NCBI RefSeq assembly: GCF_003704095.1
Contig: NW_020844463.1
Coordinates: 496,001-560,000, forward strand
Length of the DNA: 64,000 bases
Source of the DNA: Pocillopora damicornis
Lineage: Eukaryota
Direction: 5' to 3'
The notes beneath the pieces were generated by a model. The model did no database searches, had not been told where the DNA came from, and saw nothing but the letters and a program-made list of their open reading frames with translations. Both the position numbers and the translations under genes were made by a program. Shown here piece after piece: positions 50,046 to 61,300 of this stretch. Every line of letters starts with the position of its first letter. The stretch's first letter is position 1.

Positions 50046-53000
50046 CGCAGGTGAAAGGCCATTGGAAAGCTTCGACCTGCTCGATGTAACGTTCAAACGG
50101 GCACTTCCGTTTTGTCAGATACCCGAGTTTGTGCCTATAATGGCTTTCCCTGTTTAAATTGAGCCGTTTTGGTGAAGCTTGAATTTGATGATTTTTGCCT
50201 TTGTATGAATATTAACAACTTTCACTGACTTTGTGAGGTATACATAATTTATGTTTTCGGGCGCGAAGCGTCGGGTGGCCAAAGCAGTTGCGTTGCAGTT
50301 CTGAAACACAAGAGTGCCTATTACAATCATTTTTTCCCATTCTATGAGCTCTCAAATTTCCTTCGAGTCCATTAAGACCGAGAGATACCTATTCTCGTTA
50401 CTAAGTAATTGGAATTTGAACTCTGTATTCAATTCTCTGCTTCATTTTCCGTCGACTAATTGCATATTACAATAATTTGTTAATCAAAAGAATATACACG
50501 TTTACTTATTAATCCGAGGCCCATTTCAAATTCACTTCGGAATTATACGGAACATGTCATCTTGTTCGCAACGCTAGGCGTTCATTTATTTGCGGCCGTG
50601 GCCAAAGTGCCGATGACTTTCTAAAGCCTTACGGCATAATTGTCTTCATAATAAACCAGATTGACTGAAATATAATATAAAATAAATAATTTTTTAGTTC
50701 CTTCTTAAACATATTTTACAATATTTGTTCTATGAAATGCTTTGTCTCATAACATTTACCAAGATGATGTCTTCAACAGACCGATGTTTGTCGAAACATT
50801 AACAAAAAAAGCAGAAAGGAAAAGTAAAATAAAATAGTTGGGAAAGTAAGAACAACGAAATGTTCCTTTAAAAGTCGATACATCTCTTTGCTCCTGTATC
50901 TTGTTCTTCACAGAAGCCAATTCAGAATTTTTGCGAGATATTCACCGCACCGCAAGACCACGTTATAGCGACTCATTAACATCGCAGCAATAACTATTTT
51001 TTATGACGCTCTACTTTTAAAGTTGACACTACGATTACCACCTCTTTTCTTTTCATTTTATTCATTGATCTAAAAGCAAAACGTAATGGAAACCTCAAAT
51101 AACTCCAAGACAGAATGAATGATTTCAATAGCGTTTGATCTAAAAATGTCGGCCCTCAGCATTCACGTTAAATCGAATTTTTTTGATGAATTGCATCTAC
51201 GCTCTGTTGACAGAGGACCACCTTTAGCCATCGCTGTTTGTTTCTTATCCAAGGACCAATAAACAGGACGTTCACAAGACAAACCTCTAAATTGAATTAC
51301 CTAATAGATTTTTCATTGCATGTCAATCTGAAAGGCAAAACCGACATAACTTACTAGTAAGAGGAAGATGTTTTGCCAATCCCCAGAAAAAAAATACATC
51401 CAAGTGATTTCAAACGACAACTGTGCAAACGTTGTCGAACTTTGAAGCGACATTTGTCAAATGAGGATAGACTAATCCTTCAAGGTGATAGATGGAAAGG
51501 AAACTCGGATTAAAATAATTGAATTAATACATTTTTTACGGCGCCTGGTTTCTTATCAAAAACAGTTTTACCAGGATTTTATTTCCCCTCTGGTCGAATG
51601 TTAATTCCCCCGTTTTGTCTTCAACCTTATTGAAAGATCTATCTGAATTCTGGCTTCCTATTTTCCATCAAGAAAAAATATGACTACACATCATTTCCGA
51701 AGTTTTTAAAAATTAAAGTTAGCTGCAAAAACATAATCAAACGCCACAGATAAAGCACTAAAACTCTACGAAAAATATTGGCTTTCGACTGTCAATATAT
51801 TATGCTTACCTCCATTCATTCCCACGGCGTCTATATTTCAGCGTCTTGGTGCATTTACTACAAGTTCAATGCCATTGCATGCATGGAAGCTAAAACCACA
51901 ACTCTCTTAATTAACGCAGTTCTAGGTGTTGTGGTGACAGGTGCCTTTGAATTACTATGCCGAACTTATAATTATTCACTTGATGTGGCATACATAACAT
52001 ATCACGAATTGTAAATCTCTGATAATCACGCGGGCCCAAAAACGCAATTCGAATTAACCAGTAATTTCAGTTGGGTCTTTCCGAACAACTTCACTACTAA
52101 GCAGTAAGCTAAACATTTTTTCGTTGGTTTTCCTCTATTTTCAAAGTCAAACAATGGGATATTTTATCTCGAAAGATACAGCAGCCCCAGCATGCCGATA
52201 TTTCAAACCGCAGAGAAATAGAGAAGGTGGAAACTCTTAGGCTGGAAAACGAAAATCATCCTTCATACTCGGATATCCTCAAAACCGAATGAAACTCCAA
52301 ATACTGAAAAAAAAGGAAACAAGCAGCTCAGTATTCATTAAATTTTTGATCACCAAACTAGAAAACAACATCAACATTTGTTTGGTATCGTAGAAAGGAA
52401 GTTATAGTCATGGTTAAATTATTATCAAATCGGTTCTCCCAATGAAATAGCGTTTGGTAGAATACTCGATTACGGTTAGTTCCTAATTCAAGCAGGAATT
52501 TGATTTTCCTTAGTTTATCGTGTTCAACTTTATTCAAGTTTCTTGAAAACAACTTGAAATTTTTGCAGAAGAAGCTGGGGGTTTTTTCCATCAAGACCGG
52601 GATATTGGTAGGCTTTGAAATTAAAAAATTTATGATATTAGGAAACAAACTTCAAGAGATTGCTTTTTAAGCTAACCCCCGCATCATTATTCTTTAGATT
52701 AAGTTTAAAAATATTGCCTCGGCGCCGTAAGGTTAGTTGAATCCCGAGTTTGCTACTTGGAAATCGTCGACGATACGCCAAAATATTCAAAAGTTCTGCG
52801 AATGGTCACAAATCCAATTGAGAAATTCAACTGATTTCATAAAAAATATTCGGAGAAACTCGGGAGGAGGTCGAAGGTCTTCAAGTAACGATCTTTGAAT
52901 GGGTTGCAATTGAAAGTCTCGGCAACCAATCAAATTAATACGTTCACCGTTAAATAATAATAATACAACTTATATTTACATTTTCTGGAAGCCATTAAGA

Positions 53001-54364
53001 CACCGCGCTTTCCATAGTGACATGACACGGCACCTTGACGAAAATATAAAAACTTCTGTCTAAACTGCAGTCGGAGGTGATAAACTAACTGGAGTACTTA
53101 AGGTGTTATTTAATATAGCAACACGGAGATTGTTTATTACGTTTGCAAATAAGAAAAATTTCGAAAAGCTTTGATGCCACTGAAAGTAAATGAGTTTATT
53201 TTGCGGTATTTGGGTTGAATGGTTGATCTTTTTCCTTTTGAGAAATTAAAATTCCCATTATATTTTCCTTGAGAAACATCTTAAGAATAAAAAAGAACAT
53301 AAAACCATTTACAATTCACCAACCACTTCTTAACATTTCGAGTAACATACGGTGCAACACGTTTATAAATACTTCCAGTACCGGGATCTGACTGGCAATA
53401 TTTCTGCTTCCATTCATTCTCTCCTGAATCAGTAATGAGAGTTTAATGCAATGACAAGTGAACATTCCTTGTACCTTGCACATTGGCTTACTGCAAACGC
53501 CTATTTGAAAAAGAAAGGGGCTACTTGGCGCAGTTGTCCAAAGGGCAGATCATGCCATCCAACAGATAAATTCCTACCTTGCGGATACGAGCTAACAAAA
53601 CGCACTGTACTATCCTCCGGATAGAGATTTATCCGATGGATTTTGTTTGTCATTTTCAATACTTCGAACAGCGTTAGCCAGACGTTTGTAAGGAAAAGTT
53701 TAAGATCTTAATTGCACAACCCGTTATGCACAACCAAATCAAATCACATTAGAGCCATTTCTCTTATTAAGGTGACTTTTTTTTCTTTTTTTTGTGTTGA
53801 TTCCAGTCTAGTCTAAATACCATTCTTGAACAACTATGGAACAAATAGGTTAAGAAAAACATTTGGAGCCACTGAAGGTCATTCCATAGATTTCTTTTAA
53901 AATACGCTCCAAGTGCTAGGAAAATCACTGCCAATATAGTCTTTCTTTTGTCAAAAGAAATTAGACAGAAAACTTAAAACAGGCTCTGACGCCACAGCCT
54001 CCTCCATGACTAGCCGTCATTTCTTTTCGAATTTTGCCAGGCGTTGTTGTCTAAACAAAAATTGCATAACGAAGTTTATGCGCCCACTATAACATATTCT
54101 CTTTTTTTATTGAAATTCATCCACTGAGGGGGTGTAGTCGCGAGCACGTAAATTATATGTACAGCACTTAAAACCTCCATATCAAGCTTACGTTATGGTT
54201 GATATCGCTTGTTCTAGTTTACACTATTTATCAGTACATTTTATTCACAATCTCGACATCTCCCCACCACAGTATTAGAATTTTAACTGCAAATATTGCA
54301 ATACCGCAATTGCTTTTAGGTTTTCCTTTACATTCACTATCTCCAAATAGTCTATCCACCAACG

Positions 54365-57050
54365 CACTAAGCATTGATAAACTTTAAGTCAATCTAGACA
54401 TAATTATGGACCAAATATCTCTCGTGAAAGGAATTAATCAACCTTACGCTTGAATTATCTCTATATCCGGTGTCTGCTCAGAGGTAAATACGATATATTT
54501 TCAACACATCATGCGTAAGATCACGCAGTTTCGTGATTTAGACAATGCAAAAGAGTGCATGCTTACTATTTGAATTACTTCTGGTCCTCCGAAACACTGT
54601 CCAAGTGAAGAAAAAGTACTGAAAGTTCAAAACTTCCGTCAACCATTTTTACTGTGACAATCTTTCAAACTCTCTTAGTCAAAAAAACATCCACGGTGAT
54701 TTCGGAAACATCTGTGGGCTTTCGAGCGTAGACAATCTATTTTTCACGCCTTCAATATTGATATTTTTTCGTTACGTAGAACAGCGATTAGGATCTCAAA
54801 ATTGGGTTTTCCATCCCCTCTAATTCTTAAAATGCGCCAAAATGAACTTTTATTTACCTTTCAACTCGTGTTTCGTCTACTTTCAGCAAAAGGAAAGAGG
54901 AAAATAACTTCCCAAAGCTAGAAACAGTATAACACCTGTTTTGTTAACTTTTTTTACGAAGGAAGAACTTGACATGCTTATCATGAATATAAGGAGTATT
55001 CTTCTCGTACGTACCATTTATAAGTTATCCAAACAAAAGCTAGTTGCCCTGGTACAAGTTTAACGGGGCTTGACTCATTTCCAGCTCAGTGTTTCAGTAA
55101 TGACCAATAGTAAGCGATTTTATTAGAAAAACTTGAGTCTGACCAGGTTGGGAACACCACCGCGACAGTAAACATATCCCCTGCGATCTATCCAAATAAT
55201 GGAAATAGCTCCATTTCTTAAAAGACATTAAAACGCCTTTTTTGCAGGGAAACCGTTTTCGATATTTTTTCCACGTAAAATAATTTGAAAGGAATTCCCG
55301 TCACGAGCTTGCTGACATCACGAATCCTAAGAATAGGTTTTTAACAATATGTAATTACTCCTCGACGGTAAACAAGAATCAGTGCTCAGGTGAAAAGAAT
55401 TTATATTTATGCGCATAGCTGCACGACAGAGCAATCGATAGCAGAATATCTTTGTTTTCGATCTTACGGCTATATGGAATTATTTCACATCACTGTAAAA
55501 AAAAAACACAAGCACAAAAACTTGAACAAAAGTTTGTTCGTTTACCTAATTTTCGAGCAGAACTGCGCCTACATTTTTCCAGCTAAGAAAAACCTTATTA
55601 TGTGAGAGATCATTAATTTTTCCTTTTTTGTCTTCTATTTTAAAAAGTATTTCGTCGTAGCCGGTCATTTATCAAATCTTGTTCTCATTTCATAGCAAAC
55701 GCAATCTCTATCGCCCTTAATAGGTACACAACGCTTTTTAAGATGATTACGAAAGTCTCGATCGCTTTACATCAATATGTTGGTGTTTATCACGCGAGTA
55801 TTTGTTTCGCATTCCTTTCTGCGGAGCAAAGCGAGGCAAATGGTAGACGAATTTGGCATAAATGAATTCTAGGCGTTAAAAAACACAATTACTTCTAGGT
55901 TTTCATCAAAGACAAAAAAATTCTAGAGAACCTCTTTACTGACAATCATTGAGAATTGATGAACTAAAAGTTCATATCCCCTGAAAGGAATTAGTTAACC
56001 TGTCTGTTCAGAGGTAAATTCAAGCTCTTAATGAGTCAAATCATGCAGTTTCGGGATTTTGAATCACGAAAAAAGCTACATTATGTTTGAATCTTGAATT
56101 TCCATTCAAAATGTGTCCCAAGTGAGGTTAAAAACTGAAAATTAAAAACTCCCATCAGCAACCATTTTTTATGGTATAGTTCTTCCCTAAACACAACTAT
56201 GAACAACGATTGATTGAAACATCTATGACGATTAAAGTATACTTATCGACCAAACTCCTCCATAATTAAAATTTTTTTCACCGGGTGGAGCTTCTGTAAT
56301 TTTCGACTCGCCTCGATTTCCAGAAAAGCGCTGAACTAATTTGTAATTTACGTTTCAACTTCCGTCTCAGGTATTTCAGCCGAGAAAAAGAAGGAAAACA
56401 ATGACTGAATCGTAAAAGTTCATAAAAAGGGAAGTACTTAGTAAACTTTATGAAAGAAACCTTAATCTCACAAATGACCTGCCGAGCATTTTTTAATTGC
56501 AAGGTAGTTGTCAAGACTCAAGGTTTAACGCAACATGACTCGACATTTCAATCTGAGTGTTTCAGTTGCAGAATTCTGATGATAAATGATTATAGATGAC
56601 CTGTTTGGGAACCGGCACGAAATCAAGAATAGCTTCCCTTTCAGTTGCTTTTAGCTCCATTTTTGAAACGAACTTGACACGCCAGAATACAACACGCCAA
56701 ATCTTATAGTACAGTTTTTTTGTCTTTTTTCTTCTGAAGTATCCCTCGATTTTGATTAGTCTTCATTCCTCAGGTGAAATGTTGCTTCACTGGGGTAGAT
56801 TCTGTTTTTGTTCTTTTACCTTCGGTTACACGCAATATTGCATTGCATGGTATCATTTAACCTACAGAAAGTTTGTTTAAAGCGTTAAATGTGCGTGCAC
56901 AAAGCAACATACAAGCAAAACTTTTCCATCTTCCACTTCAAACAGACTTCATTGCGGCCGGTAATTCATCAAATCAGTCGCTAATTTAATCGCAAGCACA
57001 ATCTCTATCGCCCTTTATAAGTAAACCATGCTTTTAAGATGATCATGCCT
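54365..57050. repeat. Old non-coding tandem duplication (unit 1 ~54365-55760; unit 2 ~55935-57050)
   Basis: Colinear blocks occur in both units: GAAAGGAATTA, CAGAGGTAAAT, GCAGTTTCG, CCAAGTGA, AGTGTTTCAGT, TTGGGAAC, TAGCTCCATTT, CAATCTCTATCGCCCTT, TTTTAAGATGAT. Confidence 0.8.
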
Positions 57051-58250
57051 GAAATCTCTCATGAGATTTCAATAGGTTTCTTGGAAAATTCCTTTCCCTG
57101 CTTTTTCGAGGAAAGTTTGAAATAATCAAAATGAACTGTTTGCAAAATTTTTGATACATTTTTTTTGCATGAATCAGTCAACAAGGAAAACGTATATCTG
57201 CAAGTAATGCTTCCGTTTCCTTAAATTTTTTTTAACTTTTCTGGCAATAAATTAAAGGTGGAAAACTTAATGGTTTTATAAATAAAGTCTCGTCATAAGA
57301 GGTCGCAAGAATATATCATTCGAGAACTTTCATCACTAAGGGTAATAGCAATATATTAAAAGGCCAGCTAGAGAAATACATCTCAATCGCGTGAGATTCA
57401 AAATATTTACCGTAGTGAATAATCATGACGTTTTAGGTAGATATACGACTGACAATATTAGCTCTTGCTGTTGAAGGAAGAAAACTGCTCATGACGTCAT
57501 TACTAGAGAAGACGTTCAACCCCCTGAAGTTTTGTGAAACCAAAGCTACCGACAGACAAATACACGTATATATTGTATTACTAACATTTAGTTCTCTGTC
57601 TACACCACGCTTTTTATGATACGGAAAACTTTTGCGATTCTCACCCGATAGAAGGTTCCTCCATCTTTTTTTTGCATAATATCTCGCTCCAAGTTGTGAT
57701 CGACATGGCTTGTTATTTCTAGCGTTTATAAACGGTATGGAAAAATGTTGCATTTTCTGTTAAAATATTTGCCATCGTGCTTGATATATCTACTGAGCCG
57801 CATTACAACCAATATGACAGAAAAAGGTCGAATACACAAGAAAAAGGGGTCTCTGAATTTATTTCAAGTTTTTGTCTGTATTTCAATTTTAGTTTATTAA
57901 AGAATTTGTAAAAACTTCTTCTAAAGAAGAAAAATAATGTTATTGCTGGAATTCAGTGACATATGGTGAATTCCAAAAATTCAACGATCCAAATGCTATG
58001 AATTAAATGGATATTCGACTTAACGATATTATCCATTTTGCACGAGAAAGAAAGCTACTAATGACATGACCCAGATTGAAAAAGAGTTTCACGCCCTCAT
58101 TTTCCGTGTACCCAAGCTGTACAAGTACATTTATTATTGTTATGTATTTCATTGCTAACGTCTACGGCTTTGTCTGGACCACTTAACTCCCAAGAGGTCA
58201 TATTTCATGTTCTTATCTCTTACTAGCAAAAAATGACAGTCTTGTGTTGT

Positions 58251-58256
58251 TATAAG
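58251..58256 (+). promoter_or_regulatory. Putative TATA box of the galaxin-like gene
   Basis: TATAAG about 65 nt upstream of ATG 58316. Confidence 0.4.
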
Positions 58257-58315
58257 AGAGACCCATTGGGCAGCATTTCCAAAGACTTGGACTGGCTGGC
58301 TGAGCTGAACACAAA

Positions 58316-61300
58316 ATGTTGTTTGTATCGGTGATAACCGTGTCTTTGGGTGTCTTACTCGCAGCGAAAGATGTAACAAGTTCAAATGTTGGAAGTCAGA
58401 TGATGAGTAAATTCAGACACTTAGGTAAGATCATGTTATTTTGCAAATTGAACGTATCTTTATTCCTGAAAGGTGAGCTACGATAGCATTATAAAATTTT
58501 ATCTAAATTACCTTGTCATTTCCCACGGTCAATGACAGTAACCCCTTACGATTCTGAAATTATTTTTTCACTTGATTCCTTCCCCAGTTTCCTGTTTCTA
58601 CCAACAAGAGCTTGTATCTAATTCTTCTGTCAAAGTAAAATTAATCCCCTGATTTTACAATTCTTTTCCAAATTTCTGATGTAGTGTTCTTCGTTTCAAA
58701 AAAAGGAAACTCAGATAGTGCCTGCTTTACTTTGTTACTATGACAATGTCACAGCTTATCATCACAGTTTGATTAATTTGTTTTTCGATGACTTTTTCAA
58801 TTGGAAAGTTGTTGTAAAGTAGAATCAAAAAGAGCTTTGTTAAATGATGAAATATATAACACGAAACTTTAATTTAGTAAATTGGCTGTATACTAAATGC
58901 AAAACTTATGACTCTTCCCTCAGCAATTTTTCTCAAATCGAACTTTAAACAAAAGACAAATCTTGACCACGTATATGTCTGTATTAGGCGTGGTACTGAG
59001 AAAACGATATGACACCTGTTTTTGCATTGAAAAACGTGATTTTTTGAAGGAGATAGAGAGCAGCATCCGAAAGGACGCCTTGATTAATTTCATTGCAAAG
59101 AAGGTTCAAAACAAGATGACATTCTATTAAAAACACTACTAACGTGCAGAACATGAGGCACGCGTTAAGTTTCAAAGGAACCTAAGTGATTAGTTCCCCT
59201 TCTCATATTTATTTTCGTCGATGACGGCGAACTTTTTCTCATCAACTTTAGTGTTATTCCTACCCTTCATATTTGTGCCAGTGTTATGTTATGCATTCAA
59301 TTGATCGTTGCATTGCTACTATCAAGAATATTTTCTTATGACAGAGTCGGAGCCAATTTAATCAATCGTTATTTTTAACAAAAAATTAGACATAGTTTAG
59401 GTCACTATTATAAGGATCCTCAAAAGGAATTAATTCTGCAATATTGCGGATGGCAAGAGAGTGTATTTGGTTCGTCTAATACTGTTATCTGCGTGGGCTC
59501 TATTTTGTTAGTAAAGATTTCTGGAAAGTAAAAAAACTAGAAAATGAATGAAGACAGTGAAATTTCATGATAGACGTTTATCTAAACTCGTGAACAAAAA
59601 AATCAAGGTGTTGGAAATTCGATTGAGAATAAGCGAGTCCACAGGAATCCGTATCGGTCCATTTCAAGATTGGACCCAAAATTGTATTTCTTATTTGGTT
59701 CAAGAAGCGTATTGGCGAAGTAACTGAGCAGAGCTGATTCACTTGCTTATCTTTGGTAGCAATTCCTTCCATTCAATGATATCGGTCAAATTTTGTAGCC
59801 ATAGGAAAGAGAGTAATGTTTGTCTTTTGAAAACAAAAACTTAATTATTTTTAAGACTCAGTTGTGTTGTACTCAGAGTTGAAGGATTCATAATGTTTGA
59901 ATGAGTGTGGTGCTAAATGATTTTGTGCTTGGTTTACCAGTGGACGAAAAAAGGAAATTCGCATGAATATCCCACGGATCTACAATAGGAACCTTTTTAG
60001 GAATAAAGTAACAGATACTCCCTATTCGGCAACCTCTTGTTGCTGTCGACAGTTGAAGTTATGCATTTTTTAGTCGTGACTTCGTTCACACTACAACTCT
60101 TAACAAGGCAAAGTGAGGTTTTTTTCGGAGTTTGCGCGTAAATTGGCAAAAATGATCGAGGAGAAAATCTTGTTCAACCATACACTGATCCCTTGAGCAA
60201 GTTTTTTGACGTGTAACTCAGCTATATCACCATTCATTCTGACATCAAAAGTAAGATCAGGAGAGTGGGCTTTCAAAAAAGTTTGGCGAGATTTGGTCAG
60301 AATTCTTAATAGGTAGGTCTCTAAAGCTGAAAAACCTTTGCGCTTTTGACGGAACGGTGTATTAAGGTCACGAGAATAGAAGGAATAATTACCAATGAAA
60401 GAGGCTCTTGATTGATAAACAGACTCTCTTTGTCATCACCTTAGCAAATGTATAGAGAACAATATAGAGAATATGTATACTGATGTTTAGGATGTAAAGG
60501 GTTAAAAAGTTTCTGTTTCTCTTCTCTTAGACTTTTACTTTAAATGCTGTGAGGGACACGTTGTCAGACGAGTTGGCGGCGATCACGCAAAGTGCTGTGG
60601 GATTCATACCTACGACTCCCGCTTCTTCTTCTGCTACCGAAGACTTATCTACCCACTCTGCGGCAAACTGACCTACAATCCAGTTACCCAGAAATGTTGT
60701 CATGGAGTGGTAAACCCTCGTGTAGGCGGTCAGTATAGCACATGTTGTCACACCAAGAGTTACGACGGCCAACGAAACTTTTGTTTCGAAAGGAAAGTGT
60801 ACCCAAAGTGCCACAATAGTGCTTACAACCCTCAGTCGTTTATCTGTTGCGAAAACAAAATCAGACCTCTCGTTAGTGGACAAAGTACCAAATGCTGCAA
60901 AGATAAAAGTTACGACAGTGGAAGGTGAGGGAGTCGAACTTATTGAGGTAGCAGTTGTATATGTTTATCGATANNNNNNNNNNNNNNNNNNNNNNNNNNN
61001 NNNNNNNNNNNNNNNNNNNNNNNNNNNNNNNNNNNNNNNNNNNNNNNNNNNNNNNNNNNNNNNNNNNNNNNNNNNNNNNNNNNACTTCGCGTTTCCGTCT
61101 TAGATCGACTCTGGTTGATACCAAATGTTTCAAGTGCAAGGTTCTAACCACGCTTCTAAATACTCGATCATTGAGATATCAAAACATAACGATTATACTT
61201 TTCTCTTCAATTTTTTTTAACTATTTCCTTTTTAGCACCTCATTTATGAGATCTTGCGAAAATCTGGGAAGTAAATTTCCTTGGATTGTGTCATTAATGA

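Noticed and set aside
50755-50805. Possible fourth hammerhead (GTCGAAACATT)
   Set aside because: No upstream CUGANGA core.
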